Assembly: GCA_016930875.1 (NCBI GenBank)
Contig: JAFGFW010000047.1
Span: forward strand, 65,587 to 129,586
DNA length: 64,000 nucleotides
Direction: 5' to 3'
Origin: Deltaproteobacteria bacterium
GTDB taxonomy: Bacteria > Desulfobacterota > Desulfobacteria > Desulfobacterales > C00003060
The translations under genes and the position numbers were made by a program. Position 1 is the first letter of the stretch; each line of letters opens with the position of its first letter. Below are positions 47,083 to 55,524 of this stretch, piece after piece. Below the pieces are notes generated by a model. That model did no database searches. It saw only the letters and a program-made list of their open reading frames with translations, and was not told the DNA's origin.

Positions 47083-49290
47083 CTACTCAAGTAACGGGTC
47101 CATGGATAGAGCCGGATGGCCCTTTTCCTCCAGAAAAGGGAGGATTTCCTCTTCGGAAGTCCCTACGGTTTCATCGGCAATCATGTCTGGCAAATCAGGG
47201 ACACCAATCTCTTCCGCCAGTTTTTTCAGGCGCTCTGCAATCTCCTCCTTAAGGCGCTTTGGCATCCAAACCAGGCGCTTGATCCCGCCATCACCCACTA
47301 ACCATTTTTTCTGAGTGATGTTGTACTTACCATGCCCCACAAATCCGGGCACGCTCATCCCGCCCCCGATGGTTCCGGCAAGGGTAGTAAATTTCATGCC
47401 ACAGGGAGTCATCCCCACATAATCACGATCCACGGTCATGACGCCATTGCATATGGGAAGTATAGCAGCAATGCATTCGCAGCAACCGCAGGTCGTCATG
47501 GGGTCATGGACAATGCTGTAAAAATTGTAGTGATCCAGGGCCTGGCGTGAGGCCATGTACAGAAAGTCGTTACACCCTTTCCATTGTCCCAGCCTTGCAT
47601 CGAGAGTTTCCCCCTTCTCTACCGGCTGGTTAGGCCCAGTGGGATTGATCTCATAGGATGCCTTGCAGTCCATCCAGTTGTAAGCACCACAAAGGCCGGT
47701 CCTCTCAGGGCTGATAATGCAAACATGATTCGGCGCAAAGGATTGGCAAAGCGTGCAGGAGTAATACGTCTCAGTAGTCTCATCAGTCATCCCTTCGATC
47801 CGGGCATCTCGATGCTGGTACACCTGCCTTGCCTTTTCCAGAATTTCTTTTACCTTTTCTTCTTCTGTATAGAGTTTGACCTGGACCTTATCAAAGATAG
47901 CACCAAAATCCTGATGGAACTTGGCATGGAGGATATCTCCGATGTGCTTGATCTTGAGGCCCTTTGCGGCGCCAGCCTTGGCCATCCTAATCCATGTAAT
48001 GTCTCGCTGGCCAATGTGCATAAGACCCTGGGCGTAGTTTACAAAATGGTGAATCTGTCTTTCCAGGATCGGCTCAAAGTCTTCCTCCATTTTTCTTCCT
48101 GCAAACTCGACCACGATAGCCAGAGGAAGCCTACTCCCTTCCCGCACATCATCCACATCCGGGCCGAACAGCTCGATCTTGCCGTCTTCCACCTCGTCCA
48201 TATCCTTGGTCGTAGCCCATTCCACGGCTAGCGTCCTGCCGCCGCCGCACTCCAGATAGAGATCGTTTTTACGTACCCGTTCTCCTTCAAAGGCCGGCCC
48301 GTAGGACACCGGGACGGGAACCTTTGTCACGGCGACTTTCAGCCCCCTGACCTCAATCGCTCTGGCTACCAATTCGTCGTACGGGACATTGGAGACCACG
48401 TGCTCATACGTGCAGATACCTGTGGGGAGTACTTCCGGGATCGGCGTGTCAGCAATGGTCGGAAAACCCCAGTTTATTGCACCGGCGGCATTTGCATACC
48501 ATTCATCGGTTACTGTACCCAATGGCATGGCAAAGGCAAAGATACGGTCCTTGTTGTAAAAAAGAATGCCCCTAAAATCCCCTGGCTTTATTCCGCCAAA
48601 GGACATGGCCGCCCGGGTGGCAAAGCCAGCAGCAAATACGGTAGCCGTATACTCCGGCCCAAAGGAAACAAGCCGTGTGGGCCACCCGATCTGAACCCCT
48701 GCCTCGACCAACTGCTCGGACATAGTGCGGCCCTGATGATCGGCACTCATGAAGACATAGAGGTTCTTTTCCTGAAGTTCCTGGGCAAGCTGTACAGCAA
48801 TCTCTATGGTCGGCGGGGCGCCAAGGATAGCTGCAAAGCCAGGGGCGGTGCCGTCAACGAATTCCACGCCGCGTTTACGCAATATCACGTCATCGGCTGC
48901 GCCCAACCAGATGTTTCCGTTTGAAGGGTCTTCCGTCTTGGTATAGAACTCCGGGGCCTCAAGATAGCGTATGGCCTCAATGATCTCTTCTGCAAAGAGT
49001 GCAGCCATCCCAGCTTCCAAGGCGGGTGCCAGATACGGGAGCCACACATGTTCGTCAACCATGGGGGGCAGCAATGACCTGCACCGCTCAAGGACCTGTT
49101 TGACATCTCCAAGGTTTTTGACAGGTATGGCTGTAATGCCAAAGATAACGGGAAGGTAATAGGCCGTGTTGGGAAAGCCGATCTCTTGATCAGGCCCCCA
49201 TTTATCGATGGCTTCTTGATAGTTGCTTTGCGCCCTTTCTACGATCTTATGGGCACCCCGAATTGCTGCAGAACAAATGATTTTTGACAC
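47083..49290 (-). CDS. acsB: Acetyl-CoA synthase (A-cluster subunit, bacterial AcsB type, 735 aa)
   Basis: The motifs are FPNTAYYLPVI, ERTGLCGAYNWMDCKASYEINPTGPNQP and the Cys-Gly-Cys A-cluster motif TTCGCCEC. The start is GTG, preceded by GAGGTG. Confidence 0.9.
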   Translation of the reverse strand: MSKIICSAAIRGAHKIVERAQSNYQEAIDKWGPDQEIGFPNTAYYLPVIFGITAIPVKNLGDVKQVLERCRSLLPPMVDEHVWLPYLAPALEAGMAALFAEEIIEAIRYLEAPEFYTKTEDPSNGNIWLGAADDVILRKRGVEFVDGTAPGFAAILGAPPTIEIAVQLAQELQEKNLYVFMSADHQGRTMSEQLVEAGVQIGWPTRLVSFGPEYTATVFAAGFATRAAMSFGGIKPGDFRGILFYNKDRIFAFAMPLGTVTDEWYANAAGAINWGFPTIADTPIPEVLPTGICTYEHVVSNVPYDELVARAIEVRGLKVAVTKVPVPVSYGPAFEGERVRKNDLYLECGGGRTLAVEWATTKDMDEVEDGKIELFGPDVDDVREGSRLPLAIVVEFAGRKMEEDFEPILERQIHHFVNYAQGLMHIGQRDITWIRMAKAGAAKGLKIKHIGDILHAKFHQDFGAIFDKVQVKLYTEEEKVKEILEKARQVYQHRDARIEGMTDETTETYYSCTLCQSFAPNHVCIISPERTGLCGAYNWMDCKASYEINPTGPNQPVEKGETLDARLGQWKGCNDFLYMASRQALDHYNFYSIVHDPMTTCGCCECIAAILPICNGVMTVDRDYVGMTPCGMKFTTLAGTIGGGMSVPGFVGHGKYNITQKKWLVGDGGIKRLVWMPKRLKEEIAERLKKLAEEIGVPDLPDMIADETVGTSEEEILPFLEEKGHPALSMDPLLE

Positions 49291-49419
49291 TTTTCAAACA
49301 CCTCGTCTCTCAGATTTTGGGATTTGGAACTTCGATTTCGGATTTCTATCACCTATTTTGCATTCTGCAATCCGCATTCCGCAATTGTCTCATTCCCCAC
49401 TCCGCACTCCACATTCCAT

Positions 49420-50367
49420 TCAGTTTCCCATCAGGTCATTCATAAAACCCCTGACCAACTTAATGGCATGCGGGTGCCGCATGATCAGGATGTCGCCGCC
49501 GGCCAGAAGGAATAACATCGCTGTCATGGCCTCAAGCATAACACCCCTCTTTTCAGGATCTCCCAACAAGGGGGCCTCCTGTTGGCTCACTTTTGCCTCT
49601 TTGATCTTCCAGACCTCTTTGGACAGGTTACACACTATCGGAAACTGGAGCCTTTCATCTTTCTGTGTGAGAGCAGCCATGCGCACCCTCTCCATGACAG
49701 AATAACAGTATTCCAACCCGTAACCCACTGACGCCACTGTGGGGTCCACCACTATCCTTTCATCAGGAACCCCAAGGTTTCCCACCAGGATATTGAGCTG
49801 TTTGGCGAGGTTTATGTCGGTTGGTGATGAGGCGCCAATAGTGTGCTGAAAGGCAATGGCTGCCGCGCCGAGAACCTTGTAGCTTCCTTCTTCGACTGGG
49901 CCTAGAACAAGATCCTCTCCGGCACATGCCTCTGCAACCATTTTCAGAACCTCTGTATCCTTTTCCAGGTTGCTACTGCCCCATATGATGAGAGGGACAT
50001 CTATGGCAGCCGCCACTCTCTTGGTGGTTTCCACGGCTTGCTCTGCCGGTGCGTTCTGGGCATTGGGATCTGTGCTGACAAGCTGCAGGGCCACCATTTC
50101 TGCCCCGTACGATGCCACACATTTTTGGGCCCATGCGGCAGGGTCGTGGACAACATCAGCAAAGGGGGCCAACGCCGCCTCGGGCCACTCCTCAGGTGGT
50201 GCATCACATACCTCCATGGCTATCCTCGGCATATGAGTCATATTTCCCTCAAACAGGTAGAATGGATAGCAGGTCTCTCCGCCCACGGTCACGCGGCCTG
50301 GTTCTTTTCCCAGAGCAATTTCCCTGATGGCTCCGTTGTAAGATATCCTTGGTATCTCAAATGCCAT
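49420..50367 (-). CDS. acsD: Corrinoid/iron-sulfur protein small subunit (AcsD/CdhD)
   Basis: This is a protein of about 315 aa of the TIM-barrel type: MAFEIPRISYNGAIREIALGK...VTVGGETCYPF. An AAAGGAG RBS precedes it. It is adjacent to acsB. Confidence 0.8.
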   Translation of the reverse strand: MAFEIPRISYNGAIREIALGKEPGRVTVGGETCYPFYLFEGNMTHMPRIAMEVCDAPPEEWPEAALAPFADVVHDPAAWAQKCVASYGAEMVALQLVSTDPNAQNAPAEQAVETTKRVAAAIDVPLIIWGSSNLEKDTEVLKMVAEACAGEDLVLGPVEEGSYKVLGAAAIAFQHTIGASSPTDINLAKQLNILVGNLGVPDERIVVDPTVASVGYGLEYCYSVMERVRMAALTQKDERLQFPIVCNLSKEVWKIKEAKVSQQEAPLLGDPEKRGVMLEAMTAMLFLLAGGDILIMRHPHAIKLVRGFMNDLMGN

Positions 50368-50482
50368 GACAACTCCTTTCCATATATGATTTGTGATTGA
50401 TGATTGGCTGTTTAAGGATCAAGATCTCCCTCTTGCCCCTGGTGGATCAATCCTCAACTGTGAACTTTCAATCATCAATCCT

Positions 50483-51358
50483 CTACACTCCGGCTTCATC
50501 CAGAATAAGTGGTATCTTGCTCTCCCAGCCAAGGGCCATGATATGAGCACCATCGCAAAGATCCTTCATCCCCTTGATCAAGCCAACAGCTATCTCCATA
50601 CTGGCCTGGGCCTTGTCCTCAGCACCCTTTAGTTCCTTGATTAGGGATTCCGGAACGAATACGCCGGCTACGTTCTTGTTCATATAACGGGCCATACCGA
50701 CTGACTTGAGTAGAATAATACCCCCCAGCACCTTTGTATCAAATCCCTTAATGCGTTTCATGAATTTTTCAAAGGCGTCCAAGTCATAGACGCCCTGGGT
50801 CTGAAAAAACCTGGCGCCTGCCTCGATCTTTTTCTCCATTTTCATGATTTGAAGATCCATAGCAGCCTCGTTATCTGCACCAGGGTTTACCACTGCCCCG
50901 GCAAGAAAGTCGGGCTTTCCCTTCAATTCGTTACCGACCATGTCATATCCTGAATTAAGCCTTCCTATCACATCCAGAAGTGACACCGAGTCCAGGTCAA
51001 AAACAGGCTTTGCCCCAGGATGATCCCCCAGGGTCGGATAGTCCCCGGTGAGCGAAAGCACGTTTCTGATCCCAAGCACCCAGCCGCTCAGCAGGTCCGA
51101 CTGCAGAGCAAGCCTATTCCGGTCCCTGCAAGTGACTTGAAAAACAGGATCGACTCCCATATCTGTCAGCAGATGACAAAAGGCCATAGAGCCGAGACGC
51201 ATGACCGAACTCTGCAAGTCAGTGACATTAATGGCATCCATGCGATCCTTGATAATCGCAGCATTTTTCAACAGGTGCTCCACGTCGGTTCCTTTGCCAG
51301 GTCCGACCTCAGCGGTCACGAGAAACTTCCCTGATTCTAAGGCTTGTCTGAAATTCAT
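50483..51358 (-). CDS. metF: Methylenetetrahydrofolate reductase, acetogen/MetFV type (copy 1)
   Basis: The MetF barrel motifs are FLVTAEVGPGKG, INVTD, RDRNRLALQSDLL, GIRNVLSLTGD and FFQTQGVYD. Confidence 0.85.
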   Translation of the reverse strand: MNFRQALESGKFLVTAEVGPGKGTDVEHLLKNAAIIKDRMDAINVTDLQSSVMRLGSMAFCHLLTDMGVDPVFQVTCRDRNRLALQSDLLSGWVLGIRNVLSLTGDYPTLGDHPGAKPVFDLDSVSLLDVIGRLNSGYDMVGNELKGKPDFLAGAVVNPGADNEAAMDLQIMKMEKKIEAGARFFQTQGVYDLDAFEKFMKRIKGFDTKVLGGIILLKSVGMARYMNKNVAGVFVPESLIKELKGAEDKAQASMEIAVGLIKGMKDLCDGAHIMALGWESKIPLILDEAGV

Positions 51359-51371
51359 GGTAGCACCTCTT

Positions 51372-52028
51372 CTATGTGGCTTCGACCTCCCGTAAATCTT
51401 CTCTAATTACAATGCCAGGGCGAATGCGCCAGTCCTTGACCTGTGGCTTTTCCTTCAGATAATGCAACATGTTCAAACGCTTTAGAGCATGGTAGATCTG
51501 CTGCCAGGCACATGGACGATCCTTGGAGACTTCACATCTTCCCTCTGACGCGCCGCCGCAGGGCCCATTCAGGAGTCCCTTGGCGCAGCGGGTCACAGGG
51601 CAGATCCCACCGGTTCTCCACAGGATGCAGTCGCCGCATGCCGTGCACATCTCAGTCCAGACGCCCGGTTCTTCTTTGATGCCTATGAAACGGGTATTTA
51701 GCGCTGGCAAGACAGGCTTTTCCGGAAACCGACTGGCAACGGCCTGAACGCCATTGCCGCAGGCCATTGAAAGAATGGCCTCTGTGTCATGAATCTTTTT
51801 TTCCAGACGGTCGATAAACTTCATAGAGCACTGTCGAGGGATGTTGGTTTTTTCTATGAGCCTATCCTTGTTTTCAGAATAGAGTGCCTCAGCAAGCTTG
51901 TTGACCTCATCGGGTCCGCCGGCTGAGCAGAACGTCATGCACGTACCACACCCTACTAACAGGAGCTTGCCGTATGGGGCGATCATATCCTGTATTTCTG
52001 CAAACGGTTTCTGTTCAGCAATGATCAT
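51372..52028 (-). CDS. metV: MetV, Cys-rich Fe-S partner subunit of MetF (copy 1)
   Basis: MIIAEQKPFAEIQDMI..LLLVGCGTCMTFCSAGG... and the C-terminal CTACGDCIL...CPVTRCAKGLLNGPCGG are present. The start is ATG 52028 after GGAGG. The ORF-track start at 52157 would overlap the kinase gene. Confidence 0.8.
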   Translation of the reverse strand: MIIAEQKPFAEIQDMIAPYGKLLLVGCGTCMTFCSAGGPDEVNKLAEALYSENKDRLIEKTNIPRQCSMKFIDRLEKKIHDTEAILSMACGNGVQAVASRFPEKPVLPALNTRFIGIKEEPGVWTEMCTACGDCILWRTGGICPVTRCAKGLLNGPCGGASEGRCEVSKDRPCAWQQIYHALKRLNMLHYLKEKPQVKDWRIRPGIVIREDLREVEAT

Positions 52029-52044
52029 GAAATACCTCCAAACC

Positions 52045-53532
52045 CTATTCTTCCACCGGCAATGATACGATAAATGTCGTACCCTTTCCGACTTCACTTT
52101 CCATGTGGACTGAACCGTTGTGGGCATCCAGAATCCCTTTGACGATCGACAGCCCAAGGCCTGAGCCAGTTACACGCCTGGTTTGTTCCGTCTTGATGCG
52201 ATAGAATCTCTCAAAAACCCGGTCAATATCTTCTGGCGGAATTCCTATGCCGGTGTCAGCCACCTTGAATCGTATGTCTTTTCCCGCCTTGTTGAGGACC
52301 ACCTGCACATTCCCACCCTTTGGGGTGTATTTGATGGCATTGCTGATAAGGTTAACAAAGACCGCCTCTATGCCGCCCCTGTCGCCACTGAACGATGGGA
52401 TTTCTTCCTCAATTTCGGACTTCATGCTAATGCCTTTCTCTTCAGCAGACAGGCGCATAAGCTCAACGGTTCGCTGCAAGATCTCCGTCAGGTCCAGGCT
52501 TTCAATCTTCTGGATCGATTTGCCCTCCTGAATACGCCTATAGTCCAGGATGTCGTTGACCAAGGTAATCATTCCCTTGGTCTTTTCCTTGGCCTTCCCG
52601 AGCAGATCTGTCTGTTTAGAAGTAAGAGCCCCGGCCAGTCCGTCATGAATTACAGAAACCTGCATCAGCAGGGAGCTCAAAGGAGCCTTGAGTTCGTGGG
52701 AGACCATAGAGAGAAAATCGGCCCTCAGTTTATCCATTGCGCTAATCCCCGTGACGTCATGAAAGAGGCATACCGCACCAACTACCGTCCCTTCTCCATT
52801 CTTCACAGGGTCTACATGTACACGAAACGATTTTTCTTGCACCTTGACCACGGGTTCTTCGCCGGCCATCAAAGGAGCCAAGGAACTGTCCGATTGAATT
52901 GCACGCAATATAAACGATAACAACTCATCCGACTCAATGCACTCTGAAACGGGACGCCCCAGCGTCTTTGCCTCCTTCAAGCCAAACAGGCTTGCGGCTT
53001 TCTCATTAAACAGTACGATGTCCGTCTGCCAATCCGCCACTACGAGAGCGTCGGCAAGGCTGTTGAGGATCGCGAGAAGATTCTCTTCACGGCCCGGTTT
53101 ACTTAAGGTGGCCTGCCTTTGCCGTCTCAGCACCCTCAGTTGCCGCCTGAGCCTGAAGGCCTCTATGGCCCGATTCATCTTTGTCCAAAAGCGGTCCTTG
53201 GTAAAGCTCTTGCGGATGCAGTCGTAGGCCCCGGCATGCATTGCCTCGATGGCTTCCTCTCCACAGTTGTCAGACATGGTCATGATCAGGATTTCATGCC
53301 TGGCCTTTTGAACGATGTTGATGAGAGACATCCCGCCCCATCCGGCAAGCTCAAGGGAAAGTAGCATGATGTCCACATCTCCTGGATGTTTCTGGATGAT
53401 TTCCAGTGCTTCTTCAACAGACTCGGCTGTCCGGACCCTGTGGCCTTCGTCCAGGATGAGTTGCCGGCATCTTTGTATAATGGTGATATCGTTTTCTACC
53501 ACCAATACGTTTATGGTCGGCCTGATCAACAT
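52045..53532 (-). CDS. Hybrid sensor histidine kinase: N-terminal atypical receiver, PAS, HisKA and HATPase_c (495 aa)
   Basis: The receiver-like N-terminus is NVLVVENDITII...VDIMLLSLELAGWGG...DCIRKSF. The H-box is FLSMVSHELKAPL. The HATPase boxes are SNAIKYTP, VADTGIGIP and GSGLGLSIVK. Confidence 0.85.
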   Translation of the reverse strand: MLIRPTINVLVVENDITIIQRCRQLILDEGHRVRTAESVEEALEIIQKHPGDVDIMLLSLELAGWGGMSLINIVQKARHEILIMTMSDNCGEEAIEAMHAGAYDCIRKSFTKDRFWTKMNRAIEAFRLRRQLRVLRRQRQATLSKPGREENLLAILNSLADALVVADWQTDIVLFNEKAASLFGLKEAKTLGRPVSECIESDELLSFILRAIQSDSSLAPLMAGEEPVVKVQEKSFRVHVDPVKNGEGTVVGAVCLFHDVTGISAMDKLRADFLSMVSHELKAPLSSLLMQVSVIHDGLAGALTSKQTDLLGKAKEKTKGMITLVNDILDYRRIQEGKSIQKIESLDLTEILQRTVELMRLSAEEKGISMKSEIEEEIPSFSGDRGGIEAVFVNLISNAIKYTPKGGNVQVVLNKAGKDIRFKVADTGIGIPPEDIDRVFERFYRIKTEQTRRVTGSGLGLSIVKGILDAHNGSVHMESEVGKGTTFIVSLPVEE

Positions 53533-53539
53533 CGTCTGA

Positions 53540-53923
53540 CTAGTTCTCGCTCAGCCAGTCCCCTACTCGCTCTGCCAACTCTTGAGATTCGACTGGTTTG
53601 GCAATGTAATCATCGGCCTCGGTCATAAGGCCCATGTGCTGGGTGTAATGCGTTTTGAACATCTCCTGGTCCACGCCCGTGAGCAGAATGACCGGGATTT
53701 TCTTCAGTTCCGGGTCTGCCTTAAGGACCACGCACACATCGTATCCGTTCATTTCAGGCATCATTACATCCAGGATGACCAGATCGGGTTTCTCGGTCCG
53801 CACCTTCTCCAGCCCCTCCTTTCCGTCATAAGCCAGTATAACTTCGTAGCCGTTACTCTCCAAAAGGAGCTTTGTTGCGTCACAAAAATCAACGTCGTCG
53901 TCAACTAACAACACCTTTTTCAT
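53540..53923 (-). CDS. Single-domain response regulator (receiver only)
   Basis: The motifs are KKVLLVDDD, DLVILDVMMP, ILLTG and DDYIAKP. The preferred start is ATG 53923; the ORF track uses GTG 53929. It ends 7 nt upstream of the kinase gene. Confidence 0.85.
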   Translation of the reverse strand: MKKVLLVDDDVDFCDATKLLLESNGYEVILAYDGKEGLEKVRTEKPDLVILDVMMPEMNGYDVCVVLKADPELKKIPVILLTGVDQEMFKTHYTQHMGLMTEADDYIAKPVESQELAERVGDWLSEN

Positions 53924-54015
53924 GGCCACACCTATACAATTGCGGATTTTAGATTGCGGATTCTCAGAAACCCGATTCTGAGCATATTCCCGGTATTTGG
54001 TGAGTCTAACTCAAC

Positions 54016-54060
54016 GAACTCAATAAACTCAATAAACCCAATAAACCCGATAGACCCATT
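54016..54060. repeat. Five degenerate tandem 9-mers (GAACTCAAT AAACTCAAT AAACCCAAT AAACCCGAT AGACCCATT)
   Basis: Read directly at 54016-54060 in the spacer between the two receiver genes. Successive units differ by single substitutions. Confidence 0.75.
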
Positions 54061-54466
54061 ATTCCTTACCAATCCTTTTAAGGATCTTCCCGACCCTTTC
54101 GAGCAATGTGGCGCTTTCGATGGGCTTTTCCACATAATCATCAACATCGAGCTGGACACCGGTTTCCAGTTCATAGCGGCGCTGGCTCACGTCCTCTCGC
54201 ACTGAGCTAAGGATGATGATCGGCATACTGCCGTACTTGGCGTGCCGCGGATCTTTGAGGGCTTTGCATACTTCAAAGCCGTCCATTACGGGCATGAGGA
54301 GATCCAGGATGAGCAAATCCGGTTGCTCTTCTTTCAGCTTTACCAGGCACTTCTCGCCGTTCTCAGCCGTGACCACCGTGTAGCCGCCAGCCTCCAATAT
54401 CATCTGCAAGGTTTCCCGCATATCAGGATCGTCGTCAACGACCAGGATCTTGGCACTTGTTCCCAT
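54059..54466 (-). CDS. Single-domain response regulator (receiver only), paralogue of 53540..53923
   Basis: The motifs are AKILVVDDDPD, DLLILDLLMP, IIILSS and DDYVEKP. The start is ATG 54466. The upstream 15 codons of the ORF track (MTNDKWQMINDRGCT) translate a low-complexity spacer. Confidence 0.85.
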   Translation of the reverse strand: MGTSAKILVVDDDPDMRETLQMILEAGGYTVVTAENGEKCLVKLKEEQPDLLILDLLMPVMDGFEVCKALKDPRHAKYGSMPIIILSSVREDVSQRRYELETGVQLDVDDYVEKPIESATLLERVGKILKRIGKE

Positions 54467-54606
54467 GGTACACCCCCTATCATTTATCATTTGCCATTTA
54501 TCATTGGTCATTCCTCAATAGAATTGGATATTGTCGATTGAATATTAAAGATTGGAAGAATAAATCATCAACCATCACTGACGATTGATCACTTAATGAC
54601 CAATCA

Positions 54607-55524
54607 CTACACGACCGGCCTTGGCATTAAACCGGCCTCCTTCACGATGCGGGGGACGATATCTTCCCACGCCACGGCCATGATATGAATGCCGTGGACC
54701 CCCTCAACCTCTTTGAGTTGCTCGATGGTCTCTAGGCAAATCTTGACCCCCTCTTCCTTGGGATTTTTAGCATCGGCCATGCGATCAACGATCTCCAGTG
54801 GCACGCTCAAGCCGGCGACATTGTTTCGCATGTAGCGAGCCATACCAACAGACTTGACCGGAATCAGCCCTGCAAGGATATGGGTTTTTTCGTCCAAGCC
54901 TCTGTCTCTAACCATCTTCATCCATTCAATAAATTTGGCCATGTCGAAGATGCCCTGAGTCTGAATAAAATCCGCTCCCGCGTTCGCCTTTTTTGCCAGA
55001 CGGATGACCCGAAATTCAAAGGGGTCGGCAAAAGGATTGGCTGCCGCTCCAATGAAAAACGGCACATCTCCTGAGATCTCTTCACCATTTAAGAACTTGT
55101 GTTCATCCCGCATGGTCTTGACCATCTGAACAAACTGGATCGAATCAATGTCGTACACTCCCTTGGCCGTAGGATGATTGCCAAACTTCTGATGATCGCC
55201 GGAAAGGCAGAGCACATTGCGAATTCCCAATGCGGCTGCGGCCAGGATGTCGCTCTGCAGTGCGAGACGATTCCGATCTCTCACCACCATCTGCAGGACT
55301 GGCTCCACGCCCAGATCTTTTAATAGAAGGCAGCCGCCGAGGCTTGACATGCGCACAATGGCGGTCTGGTTGTCCGTTACGTTTAAGGCGTCGCAGCAAA
55401 ATTTGAGGAGTTCCCCTTTTCTCTGGATGACCTTCAGTGAACTCCCTTTGGGAGGCCCAGCCTCGGCAGTGACAGCAAACTGGCCGCTTTCCAATAATCT
55501 TTCCAAATTACTCCCTGACTTCAT
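54607..55524 (-). CDS. metF: Methylenetetrahydrofolate reductase, MetFV type (copy 2)
   Basis: The motifs are FAVTAEAGPPKG, LNVTD, RDRNRLALQSDIL, GIRNVLCLSGD and FIQTQGIFD. It is clearly paralogous to 50483..51358. Confidence 0.85.
   Translation of the reverse strand: MKSGSNLERLLESGQFAVTAEAGPPKGSSLKVIQRKGELLKFCCDALNVTDNQTAIVRMSSLGGCLLLKDLGVEPVLQMVVRDRNRLALQSDILAAAALGIRNVLCLSGDHQKFGNHPTAKGVYDIDSIQFVQMVKTMRDEHKFLNGEEISGDVPFFIGAAANPFADPFEFRVIRLAKKANAGADFIQTQGIFDMAKFIEWMKMVRDRGLDEKTHILAGLIPVKSVGMARYMRNNVAGLSVPLEIVDRMADAKNPKEEGVKICLETIEQLKEVEGVHGIHIMAVAWEDIVPRIVKEAGLMPRPVV

Noticed and set aside
51372-52157. The long form of MetV (261 aa) starting at 52157.
   Set aside because: It would overlap the 3' end of the kinase gene by 113 nt. 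The paralogue begins MIIAEMKP..., and ATG 52028 (MIIAEQKP...) has a GGAGG RBS.
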